DNA of 64,000 nt from Macrostomum hystrix (Eukaryota; Animalia; Platyhelminthes), in contig CATNEN010000039.1 in the NCBI GenBank assembly GCA_950097015.1, positions 3,658,001 to 3,722,000 on the forward strand, in the 5' to 3' direction. A program made the position numbers and the translations under genes. Of the stretch, positions 35,370 through 48,240 are shown one piece after another. Positions within the stretch are counted from its first letter, which is position 1. Every line of letters begins with the position of its first letter. The notes beneath the pieces were generated by a model. The model was not told where the DNA came from. It made no database searches and was given only the letters and a program-made list of their open reading frames with translations.

Positions 35370-35705
35370 TGCTCAGACCCACCGAGTGCTCAGACCCACC
35401 GAGTGCTCAGACCCACCGAGTGCTCAGACCCACCGAGTGTTCAGACCCACCGAGTGTTCAGACCCACCGAGTGCTCAGACCCACCGAGTGCTCAGACCCA
35501 CCGAGTGTTCAGACCCACCGAGTGCTTAGACCCACCGAGTGCTCAGACCCACCGAGTGCTTAGACCCACCGAGTGCTCAGACCCACCGAGTGCTCAAACC
35601 CACCGAGTGCTTATATCCTTTGACTGCTCAAACCCACCGAGTGCTCATATCCTTTGAGTGCTCGTATCCTTTGAGTGCTCATATCCTTTGAGTGCTCAGT
35701 CCCAC
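35370..35705. repeat. Minisatellite, 17-bp unit GAGTGCTCAGACCCACC
   Basis: Direct inspection. Confidence 0.9.
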
Positions 35706-36276
35706 GAGTTTTAAGCTTGTAATCTCGCAAAAAGAGAACTATGATGTCAAAAGCGATCCACACTAACAAAAAGCAGAATTAATTAATCAGAACAGCTTCC
35801 CAAAGTGAGGATCAAAGCAAGCAGATTTGGGAAGCCTGCTTTCTCATGCTTTGCTGAAAGCCAGATTTAAATCCAAAATCACCTATAATTGAAGTTATTT
35901 TTTCCATTGTCATATTTCTAGTGGGTTCAATGCCTTTTTCAACGATTCACTGGTTAAATTTAATTAAAAATTATTGGCAAAGACAAGAATTTTTTTTTCG
36001 AAAAAAATACTTTTCGAAGTTTCCATTCGACTGCTCTTCCAGCCTGGAAGAGCTGGTGCTGGTGCATATTAGTGCAGCCAGCCTGCGTCAGAAAAGTACT
36101 ATTACAATTTATTAATAGCTAAAGTAGACAAACAAACTAGATACACACACATTTGGTGTGCGCAATTAGAGTTCTTATCTGGCATTTATTTTTCTGGTAT
36201 TTCTCTGTATCTGCTTTTATTGCGTTACAAAAATACTAGTCGTAAAAAACAAGTAACAATTTCTTTTAACAAATGG

Positions 36277-37227
36277 AGAGTGGGTGAGGGCAGAGAGAGT
36301 AGGTGAGGGAAGAGAGAGTGAGTGAGGGAAGAGAGAGTGGGTGAGGGAAGAGAGAGTGGGTGAGGGAAGAGAGAGTGAGTGAGGGAAGAGAGAGTGGGTG
36401 AGGGAAGAGAGAGTGAGTGAGGGAAGAGAGAGTGGGTGAGGGAAGAGAGAGTGGGTGAGGGAAGAGAGAGTGGGTGAAGGATCAGAGAGTGAGTGAGGGA
36501 AGAGAGAGTGGGTAAGGGAAGAGAGAGTGGGTGAAGGATCAGAGAGTGAGTGAGGGAAGAGAGAGTGGGTGAAGGATCAGAGAGTGAGTGAGGGAAGAGA
36601 GAGTGGGTGAAGGATCAGAGAGTGAGTGAGGGAAGATAGAGTGGGTGAAGGATCAGAGAGTGAGTGAGGGAAGAGAGAGTGGGTGAAGGATCAGAGAGTG
36701 AGTGAGGGAAGAGAGAGTGGGTGAAGGATCAGAGAGTGAGTGAGGGAAGAGAGAGTGGGTGAAGGATCAGAGAGTGAGTGAGGGAAGAGAGAGTGGGTGA
36801 AGGATCAGAGAGTGAGTGAGGGAAGATAGAGTGGGTGAGGGAAGAGAGAGTGGGTGAAGGATCAGAGAGTGAGTGAGGGAAGAGAGAGTGGGTGAAGGAT
36901 CAGAGAGTGAGTGAGGGAAGAGAGAGTGGGTGAAGGATCAGAGAGTGAGTGAGGGAAGAGAGAGTGGGTGAAGGATCAGAGAGTGAGTGAGGGAAGAGAG
37001 AGTGGGTGAAGGATCAGAGAGTGGGTGAGGGAAGAGAGAGTGGGTGATGGATCAGAGAGTGGGTGAGGGAAGGAGTGAGTGAGGGAAGAGAGAGTGGGTG
37101 AAGGATCAGAGAGTGAGTGAGGGAAGATAGAGTGGGTGAAGGATCAGAGAGTGGGTGAGGGAAGAGAGAGTGAGGGAAGAGAGAGTGAGTGAGGGAAGGA
37201 GTAAGTGAGGGAAGAGAGAGTGAGGGA
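36277..37227. repeat. Purine-rich 19-bp unit GAGAGTGGGTGAGGGAAGA with a 38-bp dimeric higher-order unit
   Basis: Direct inspection. Confidence 0.95.
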
Positions 37228-37694
37228 ATCGCTGTCTTTTGAATGGCCTCTTGTGAAAGAATTCTAAGCAAACAAGCATGTGTAAAAAACTAGCAACCTT
37301 GCGCACAATTGGTGCTTAAGCAAGTCAGACCATGACAGTAATTATTCTTGCACTTTAAAATGAAAAAGCGAAGATAAACTTTGCTAAAATAGCTACAATC
37401 GCTGCTACATGCCGTATCCATGGTGGTAAACCATTGACATTGAAATTCACGGAAGAAAAAGTGTTAATACTACCTGATAGCAAGCAATAAAAGATAAGAG
37501 TCAAAACCATTGCGAGTGAGTTTAAAGCGTTTAACTAATTTTGAAGAATTGCGAAAGTTGATGGCACTGGCTGGCATGCAAAGTTGTGAGCAAAATGATG
37601 AAAATCTATTTCCTGAAAGCAAATTCACACTAAAAAAATGGTAACATCATATTCTGTGGTGCCTAACCTTTCTGTTAAAGTCTTGCTTCTAAAA

Positions 37695-38157
37695 GCACTT
37701 GCGGGGTTTGAGCACTTTGGGATCTGAGCACTTGTGAGATTTGAGCACTAGTGTGGTTTGAGCACTTGTGGGATATGAGCACCTGAGAGATTTGAGCACT
37801 AGTTGGGTTTCAGCACTTGTGGGATTTGAGCACTAGTTGCGTTTCAGCACTTGTGGGATTTGAGCACTAGTTGGGTTTCAGCACTTGTGGGATTTGAGCA
37901 CTAGTTGGGTTTCAGCACTTGTGGGATTTGAGCACTAGTCGGTTTCAGCACTTGTGGGATTTGAGCACTAGTTGGGTTTCAGCACTTGTGGTATTTGAGC
38001 ACTAGTTGGGTTTCAGCACTTGTGGGATTTGAGCACCTGAGAGATTTGAGCACTAGTTGGGTTTCAGCACTTGTGGGATTTGAGCACTAGTTGGTTTCAG
38101 CACTTGTGAGATTTGAGCACCTGAGAGATTTGAGCACTAGTGGGATGTGAGCACTTG
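37695..38157. repeat. 17-bp-based dimeric (34-bp) array TTTGAGCACTAGTTGGGTTTCAGCACTTGTGGGA
   Basis: Direct inspection; related to the reverse complement of the 35370 array. Confidence 0.9.
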
Positions 38158-38416
38158 TTCCATCTGAAAAATATGCAAAACTAAAATTGGTCAAAATTTT
38201 CCATCACCAATTTTGCAAGATGCAAAAAAACTATAAATACCTAAGTAAAAATAATTATTTGTCTCTGGCAGTGCACTTCAGCTGACACATTGTCAAATGG
38301 ACAACTCTAAATTAATATTCAGTAAATTTCATTCTGAAACTTGACAACCTGGTCCAGTTGACAATGTGATGTACTTTTGTTATCAAATGTTAACAAAAGT
38401 CAGTGTAAATGAACTG

Positions 38417-38613
38417 CTAGACCTCTCTGTGGTTCATTGTGGGCTTCTCAGGCCTTGAGAATCTCGCGCGCTGCTGCAGTTTGTCGTACTCTGCGGGATC
38501 AAAACTCCGCCTCAGCAGCGTTGTCAGGTCCTGGCTGGTCTCCGGCTGCACAGCCTCCGGCGCTGACATTGTTGATGCGGATGATGCCGAGGCCGCCGCC
38601 GCTGCCGCCGCCA

Positions 38614-38649
<36 letters not shown>

Positions 38650-39166
38650 AGCACTTTGATGTTGCCAACGTTAGCGCTACCTTAGATGTCGCCGTCGTCG
38701 TTTCGTTTGCTGATCCTCCGCAGACGCCAGATGCGGATGTCGACAATGCGCCGGTTGAGAAAATGTCGGTCGACCCAGGCTTCTGCAACAGCTGCCGCTG
38801 CTGCTGCTGCTGAGCTGCCACAATGCGCTGCTCTTGCTGCTCAATAAGACGATCGCGCCAAGCCGCTGCGGACAACTCGCGCTGCCTCCGCCAAGTCAGC
38901 AGCCGGAGCAGCAGGCTCCTCAGCGCCTGGGTCGCGCCGTTCGGCTGGCTGAACTTCTCAGCGTCCTGAAGCCTGCCCAGGTAATTCCTGGCGTCCACCT
39001 GGTGCAGGCGCACTCCAGATAGCGACAGGGAGGACAGGTAAGGCCCCAGGTCTTCCGCGCAGTCGCTACTGTTGATACCAGCAATCTCGGCGTCCGAGGA
39101 GGCCGCCTCCGAAGGCAGCGAGGAAGCCACCGAGGCAAGCATTGGCTTGGAGTCTGACGAGCCCAT
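38417..39166 (-). CDS. Uncharacterised protein (possibly only the first exon) with an N-myristoylation-like start, a coiled-coil-like segment and poly-Q/poly-A
   Basis: 249-aa GC-rich ORF starting MGSSDSK (MGxxxS). Composition resembles the other exons in the window. No family recognised. Confidence 0.65.
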
Positions 39167-39824
39167 GAACAGGTTTATGAGCTAGAGCAATCCTGCTTTA
39201 CTAGAGGTGCAATTTTCGTTCGCACACAATGCTTAAACCTCTATTTATATGGCCGCTTATGGCAGTCCGTGGACCCTGGGCCTCCGTCAAAACATGGGCT
39301 ACACCTCACACCCGTTCTCACCCCCTGTCCATTGGGCCACGGCCGGGCGGCGCCCACCCCACCCTCAGCGCTCTCCGACTCAAATTGGAGCTCCGTGGAC
39401 CTTGACCTGTGACTCGGTGGTGGAAGGGGGTTTGTTATCTACGAGCATTTAAGCAGGTATTCTCATTCGCGGTCAATTACTGAACTCTGCAACGTGCTTT
39501 CAGTCCCGCTCCTCAGTAAGGTATGTATGTGTGTGTGTGTGTGCGTGTGTGAGTGTGTTACGTAACCGGCAATTGAGTCGCAAATATTCACAGCTGGTGG
39601 CCTGGAACTCAGTGAAACTTCTCCACCGCCTTGGTTTTGCTATCGGCGGTTGCAAGGCTCATTGACAATGGGATTCGGATCTAGGCTGGCCATTGTTCCC
39701 CTGATACCTTATTGTAAGAATTGAGGCTTCAACAACTCGGTTTATCTGGATATTATTATCTGATAAAATCATTTTCAACGTGCTCTGAGAATTCGGAAAG
39801 TTTACATTTTAAGATAACTGAAAT

Positions 39825-42800
39825 TACACTAAACCTAAAACACTAAAACACGAATACACTAAAACACTAATACACTAATACACTAATACACTAATACACT
39901 AATACACTAATACACTAAAACACTAATACACTAATACACTAATACACGAATACACTAAAACACTAATACACTAATACACTAATACACTAATACACTAAAA
40001 CACTAAAACACTAATACACTAAAACACTAATACACTAATACACTAATACACTAATACACTAATACACTAATACACTAATACACTAATACACTAATACACT
40101 AATACACTAATACACTAATACACTAATACACTAATACACTAAAACACTAATACACTAATACACTAATACACTAATACACTAATACACTAATACACTAATA
40201 CACTAATAGACAAATACACTAATACACTAATACACTAAAACACTAATACACTAATACACTAATACACTAAAACACTAATACACTACTGTAATAGACAAAT
40301 ACACTAATACACTAATACACTAATACACTAAAACACTAATACACTAATACACTAATAGACAAATACACTAATACACTAATACACTAAAACACTAATACAC
40401 TAATACACTAATACACTAAAACACTAATACACTACTGTAATAGACAAATACACTAATACACTAATACACTAATACACTAAAACACTAATACACTAAAACA
40501 CTAATACACTAATACACTAATACACTAATACACTAATACACTAATACACTAATACACTAATACACTAATACACTAATACACTAATACACTAATACACTAA
40601 TACACTAATACACTAATACACTAATACACTAAAACACTAAAACACTAATACACTAATACACTAATACACTAATACACTAATACACTAATACACTAATACA
40701 CTAATAGACAAATACACTAATACACTAATACACTAATACACTAAAACACGAATACACTAAAACACTAATACACTAATACACTAAAACACTAATACACTAA
40801 TACACTAATAGACAAATACATAATACACTAAAACACTAATACACTAATACACTAATAGACAAATACACTAATACACTAATACACTAAAACACTAATACAC
40901 TAATACACTAATACACTAAAACACTAATACACTACTGTAATAGACAAATACACTAATACACTAATACACTAATACACTAAAACACTAATACACTAAAACA
41001 CTAAAACACTAATACACTAATACACTAATACACTAATACACTAATACACTAATACACTAATACACTAATACACTAAAACACTAATACACTAATACACTAA
41101 TACACTAATACACTAAAACACGAATACACTAAAACACTAATACACTAATACACTAAAACACTAATACACTAATACACTAATACACTAATACACTAATACA
41201 CTAATACACTAATACACTAATACACTAATACACTAATACACTAATACACTAATACACTAATACACTAAAACACGAATACACTAAAACACGAATACACTAA
41301 AACACTAATACACTAATACACTAAAACACTAATACACTAATACACTAATAGACAAATACACTAATACACTAATACACTAATACACTAAAACACGAATACA
41401 CTAAAACACTAATACACTAATACACTAAAACACTAATACACTAATACACTAATAGACAAATACACTAATACACTAATACACTAATACACTAATACACTAA
41501 TAGACAAATACACTAATACACTAATACACTAATAGACAAATACACTAATACACTAATACACTAATACACTAATACACTACTGTAATAGACAAATACACTA
41601 ATACACTAATACACTAATACACTAATACACTAAAACACTAAAACACTAATACACTAATACACTAATACACTAATACACTAATACACTAATACACTAATAC
41701 ACTAATACACTAATACACTAATACACTAATACACTAATACACTAATACACTAAAACACGAATACACTAAAACACTAATACACTAATACACTAAAACACTA
41801 AAACACTAATACACTAATAGACAAATACACTAATACACTAATACACTAATACACTAATAGACAAATACATAATACACTAAAACACTAATACACTAATACA
41901 CTAATACACTAATACACTAATACACTAATACACTAATACACTAATACACTAAAACACGAATACACTAAAACACTAATACACTAATACACTAATACACTAA
42001 TACACTAATACACTAATAGACAAATACACTAATACACTAATACACTAAAACACTAATACACTAATACACTAATACACTAATACACTAATACACTAAAACA
42101 CTAATACACTAATACACTAATAGACAAATACACTAATACACTAAAACACTAATACACTAATACACTAATACACTAAAACACTAATACACTACTGTAATAG
42201 ACAAATACACTAATACACTAATACACTAATACACTAAAACACTAATACACTAAAACACTAAAACACTAATACACTAATACACTAATACACTAATACACTA
42301 ATACACTAATACACTAATACACTAATACACTAATACACTAATACACTAATACACTAATACACTAATACACTAATACACTAAAACACGAATACACTAAAAC
42401 ACTAATACACTAATACACTAAAACACTAATACACTAATACACTAATAGACAAATACACTAATACACTAATACACTAATACACTAAAACACGAATACACTA
42501 AAACACTAATACACTAATACACTAAAACACTAATACACTAATACACTAATACACTAATACACTAATACACTAATACACTAATACACTAATACACTAATAC
42601 ACTAATACACTAATACACTAATACACTAATACACTAAAACACGAATACACTAAAACACTAATACACTAATACACTAAAACACTAATACACTAATACACTA
42701 ATAGACAAATACACTAATACACTAATACACTAATACACTAAAACACGAATACACTAAAACACTAATACACTAATACACTAAAACACTAATACACTAATAC

Positions 42801-44422
42801 ACTAATAGACAAATACACTAATACACTAATACACTAATACACTAATACACTAATACACTAATAGACAAATACACTAATACACTAATACACTAAAACACTA
42901 ATACACTAAAACACTAAAACACTAATACACTAATACACTAATACACTAATACACTAATACACTAATACACTAATACACTAATACACTAATACACTAATAC
43001 ACTAATACACTAATACACTAATACACTAAAACACGAATACACTAAAACACTAATACACTAATACACTAAAACACTAATACACTAATACACTAATAGACAA
43101 ATACACTAATACACTAATACACTAATACACTAAAACACGAATACACTAAAACACTAATACACTAATACACTAAAACACTAATACACTAATACACTAATAG
43201 ACAAATACACTAATACACTAATACACTAATACACTAATACACTAATAGACAAATACACTAATACACTAATACACTAATAGACAAATACACTAATACACTA
43301 ATACACTAATACACTAATACACTACTGTAATAGACAAATACACTAATACACTAATACACTAATACACTAAAACACTAATACACTAATACACTAATACACT
43401 AAAACACTAATACACTACTGTAATAGACAAATACACTAATACACTAATACACTAATACACTAAAACACTAATACACTAAAACACTAATACACTAATACAC
43501 TAATACACTAATACACTAAAACACTAAAACACTAATACACTAATACACTAATACACTAATACACTAATACACTAATACACTAATACACTAATACACTAAT
43601 ACACTAATACACTAATACACTAATACACTAATACACTAAAACACGAATACACTAAAACACTAATACACTAATACACTAAAACACTAATACACTAATACAC
43701 TAATAGACAAATACACTAATACACTAATACACTAATACACTAATAGACAAATACATAATACACTAAAACACTAATACACTAATACACTAATACACTAATA
43801 CACTAATACACTAATACACTAATACACTAATACACTAAAACACGAATACACTAAAACACTAATAGACAAATACACTAATACACTAATACACTAATACACT
43901 AATAGACAAATACACTAATACACTAATACACTAAAACACTAATACACTAATACACTAATACACTAAAACACTAATACACTAATACACTAATAGACAAATA
44001 CACTAATACACTAATACACTAATACACTAATACACTACTGTAATAGACAAATACACTAATACACTAATACACTAATACACTAATACACTAAAACACTAAA
44101 ACACTAATACACTAATACACTAATACACTAATACACTAATACACTAATACACTAATACACTAATACACTAATACACTAATACACTAATACACTAATACAC
44201 TAATACACTAATACACTAATACACAAATACACGAATACACTAATACACTAATACACTAATACACTAAAACACTAAAACACTAATACACTAATACACTAAT
44301 ACACTAATACACTAATAGACAAATACACTAATACACTAATACACAAATACACTAATACACTAATACACTAATACACTAATACACTAATACACTAATACAC
44401 TAATACACTAATACACTAAAAC
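39825..44422. repeat. Satellite (ACACTAAT)n, about 4.6 kb, with recurring variants ACACTAAA, ACACGAAT, AGACAAAT and ACACTACTGTAAT
   Basis: Direct inspection; variant strings recur as higher-order blocks. Confidence 0.97.
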
Positions 44423-45177
44423 ATTACTCTAAATTCGTATCAGATCTACAATCCGAATAATGTGCAGCTGATCAGTCCACGGACTGGGGGGAGCAGTATT
44501 GACCTGAATTTCTAATCCACTGTTATCCATTTTACGACTGGTCTACTAGCTCCTACCTGTTCAAAGACTAAAAATATTCTTAGCAAAACTAAAAAAGCTT
44601 TAAATTTTTGGATAAAAGTTTACAAAAATTCTGTAAAATCTCGGTTTTAATGCTTACTTATTTTGCCGTATGGTTTCATAATAATTAGCTCGCAGTAGAC
44701 TCTCTACTAATAGTAGTGCAGTGAGATCTGGGTTATTGTCTCCAGCCGAATTAACATACTTTCATTCAGTACCCTTGAGGTCGAAACAGAAAGTTTCTGA
44801 ACTTGTAGAAAAAACAATCACAGAAGAGGCGATAGAAGCTTTGATGCGCGTGCAGTGTAATTAAATTCTGGAGGTCCCCAAGGGACAAAATGAAAGACTG
44901 TTCGATAGATAATTGAAACTTTCTAGTGGAATGTCACACAGCCTCAACGAGTTTATCGATAGTCATTCTTGCTCTATTCCCAATCGGCCTCAGGTCCTGA
45001 AGGAAGGACGCTTTAATCTTCATGGAAAACTAGATGACTGGCTAGCGAACTCATGTCATTTATTTATGTCTAGCTCGATATACCAACAAAAAATTACACT
45101 TCCCCTTTTCCCAAGCTTTGGGATTTAAATTCTGTATTAGTACTTGTACTGCTGTTAATTTCGACTGTCTTGCCAGT

Positions 45178-45535
45178 TAATAATAATGATAATAATAATT
45201 GCAGGAGGGCTGCGGGCAACTGCACATCATATGGTGACACCAGACCCGCAGCCAGCGGGGAGGCAATTCTGCCCACTTCGCTGACTCCTGAGCACACATG
45301 CACACAGATACCGGACGCAGACACACTCTCACACAGGTGTGTACATCTGCCCTGACTTTCTCATCGTCAGGCAGTGTACACTTTCACTGTGCCTTCGTGA
45401 TTGGCCCTCAAGGGCGCAATTTTTCGGCAAGCCCCCAGGCCTTCTCTCCATGGCTGTGCCCCAAATAAATATGGCATTGCTGCGGAGTCGAGAGCAGGAC
45501 CTTAGTGTGAGAGGCAAACGCGTTAGTCGCTTAAA
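45178..45535 (-). mobile_element. tRNA-derived SINE family B, copy 2, with (ATT)n tail
   Basis: Same body as copy 1, a degenerate B box CTCGACTCC, and a minus-strand end ...CCTGCAATTATTATTATCATTATTATT. Confidence 0.75.
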
Positions 45536-45557
45536 CGTTTTAAAAGCGTCAACCTCC

Positions 45558-46022
45558 GTCTTACCAGTTAGTGTCCACCTCTCTTACCTGTTAGTGTCCA
45601 CCTCTCTTACCAGTTGGTGTCCTCCTCTCTTACCTGTTAGTGTCCTCCTCTCTTACCTGTTAGTGTCCACCTCTCTTACCTACTAGTGTCCACCTCTCTT
45701 ACCTGTTAGTAACCACCTCTCTTACCTGTTGTTGTCCTCCTCTCTTACCTGTTAGTGTCCACCTCTCTTACCTGTTAGTGTCCACCTCTCTTACCTGTTA
45801 GTGTCCAACTCTCTTACCTGTTAGTGTCCTCCTCTCTTACCAGTTAGTGTCCACCTCTCTTACCAGTTGGTGTCCTCCTCTCTTACATGTTAGTGTCCAC
45901 CTCTCTTACCTGTTAGTGTCCACATCTCTTACCTGTTAGTGTCCTCCTCTCTTACCTGTTAGTGTCCACCTCTCTTACCTGTTAGTGTCCACCTCTCTTA
46001 CCTGTTAGTGTCCACCTCTCTT
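45558..46022. repeat. Minisatellite, 23-bp unit TAGTGTCCACCTCTCTTACCTGT
   Basis: Direct inspection. Confidence 0.95.
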
Positions 46023-46280
46023 AAGTAAAAGGCCACACACACACACGCACACACACGCACACACAATCACACTCATAAACAAAATTATACGCGCGTACTT
46101 ATTGTTCTTAGATAAAAGGGTGGCAAAGAGAAAAGACATAAATAAACTATTGCGCAGGTGCAAAACTGTGCAAAACTGGCGCTCACACAATCAACGTCTG
46201 TCCCTTCACTTTGTTATATTTATTATAAAAACTGGCAGCTGCAGTGTGAATGAAGGCTTGCATTTAGACAAGTCCCCTGC

Positions 46281-46320
<40 letters not shown>

Positions 46321-47291
46321 GCTGCTGCTGCCACGCTATCTGATTGCATAGATCAGGTCGGGCAGGCAAAAGGTTCCGAGGGCTTGGGCTATGGAAACAA
46401 ATCAGCTCTGTCAGTATGATTTTGACGGACGCAAAACGCGCCCCTGCCTCTCCCCTGTCCAAGTTGTGAACGAGGCTCGTAAAGTAGGAGGGACCGGTGC
46501 AGAAGACGGGAGTGAGACAGTAGACAGAGCACGAGGGTGCCAAGGGGGATAATGGACTGACTACTGCACTACACAACCTATGCCCTGCGCCTGACAACAC
46601 CAACAAGGCCTGTCTTCTGTCTCTCTCTTTAATTTTCTCTGTCTGTCGCTGCGTCTCTCTCTTCGTGTCTTGCCTCACTTTTTTCAATCTGCTAGCTTGG
46701 TTATTTTCCTTTACCGCATTCTCAGCCACCCCCGCCAACCCTGATACCCAAAGCTGTCGACCTCCCTGTGTGTGTGTGTGTGTGTGTGCGTGTTCGCTCT
46801 GCCCTGAAGCCCTATGTGTGCTGTGGACTGCCTCCACTCCCTTCAAGCCTCTTTCTTGTCTATACTTTTTCCTTGTACCCCCCTCAAGCGACTAAGGGTG
46901 CAGAATTATGTGTGTGTATATGTAGAGGGGCCGCGGACGGCTCAGACAGATGCAAGCGGCGCATCTGAACCCTCATCCGCCTCCGCCTCCTGTCTTTCTT
47001 TCTCCTCTTCTTGGTTTTTTGCTTCGTCTCCATCTGTTTTGCTTCGCTTCAAAGAAGAAAGAGACAGACAGACGGGGAAGAAAGGGGAGGAACCGGTATT
47101 CCTCATCCCCCAAGTCCCAATATATTCGGCCGCTCAGGACAGGCCCATTGCGCTCAACTTCCTCATCCGCGATTGCGGTTCGCTGCGCAAAAGACAAGGC
47201 AGAACTGTTAAACAGCCAGCGAGGCCGCAGCAGCAGTAGCAGCAGCAGCGAGTGTCAGCTGCGCTGCACCCCACCCTACTCAGCAGCAGCT

Positions 47292-47752
47292 ATGCAGAGC
47301 TCAGTATGGTCCAACCCCACCGCGAGCATGTCCCAGCAGCAGCAGCAGCAGCAGCAGTCAGAAGGTGTACCAATATTTCCTCCGCCGTCAACATCGTCGC
47401 ATCACCAAGAGCAAGTCTGGATACCACCTCCACCACCGCATCATCATCAACATCAGCAGCATCAGCAGCATCAGCAACATCAGCAGCAGCTGCAGCATCA
47501 GCAGCAGCTGCAGCATCAGCAGCAGCTGCAGCATTCTCAGACCTCTGCATCAACGGGAGCTGCGTTTCGTCTGGGTCGGGTCGCATCGCGCAGCTCCAAC
47601 GAACCCGACCTGAACATTGTGCGACCCTCCGTCAGCTTCCCCCTGCTCAGCGTTGTTGACAGTGTCGGCGATCCTTCGGCTGCGGCATCGGCGGCGATTC
47701 CCCTGGCGAGGCGTCAGCAGGACTACCTGCAGCAGAGGCAGCGGCTCATTCT

Positions 47753-47783
<31 letters not shown>

Positions 47784-48041
47784 CAACAGCGGCGGTTGCT
47801 TAGCGACCCAGCGTCATCGGAGCCGGACTTAAAGACCCTGACAGCTAAGGAGGCCGCCTTGAAGCTGGCGATGCGCAGGAAGCAGCTGCGCCACCGGGTG
47901 CTCATCATGGTGTACCTGGCCTGCACCCTGCTGTTTGTGCTAGCTGTGGTCTTCCTGGCTGCCTTCGGCGTCTTCCACACAGCAGGTATTGAGGAGGCCG
48001 CAGTCGCTGCTGCCAAGGGAGCCGCGAATGGCACAGCGTGA
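47292..48041 (+). CDS. Uncharacterised Q/H-rich protein with one C-terminal transmembrane helix
   Basis: ATG 47292 (MQSSVWSN...) lies within ORF 46950-48041. Basic RRKQLRHR is followed by hydrophobic VLIMVYLACTLLFVLAVVFLAAFGVF. Confidence 0.7.
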
Positions 48042-48240
48042 GTTGCCGGTGACCAGCTGCCGAGGCTAAAATTAAAAAATATCTCGGAATAAGAAACGTT
48101 ACAATATCATTTTTTAGAAAAAAAATTGATTTTTGAGAATTTCACAAAAACAAACATTCAACTTTATACTGGACCGACTTCTGAACGACGTAATTAGAAA
48201 AAATATACAAATAGGTCATTAGGTTCAGATCAGGGAAGAA

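Noticed and set aside
39825-44422. Interstitial telomere
   Set aside because: The unit ATTAGTGT is not the TTAGGG-type metazoan telomere repeat and lacks G-runs.
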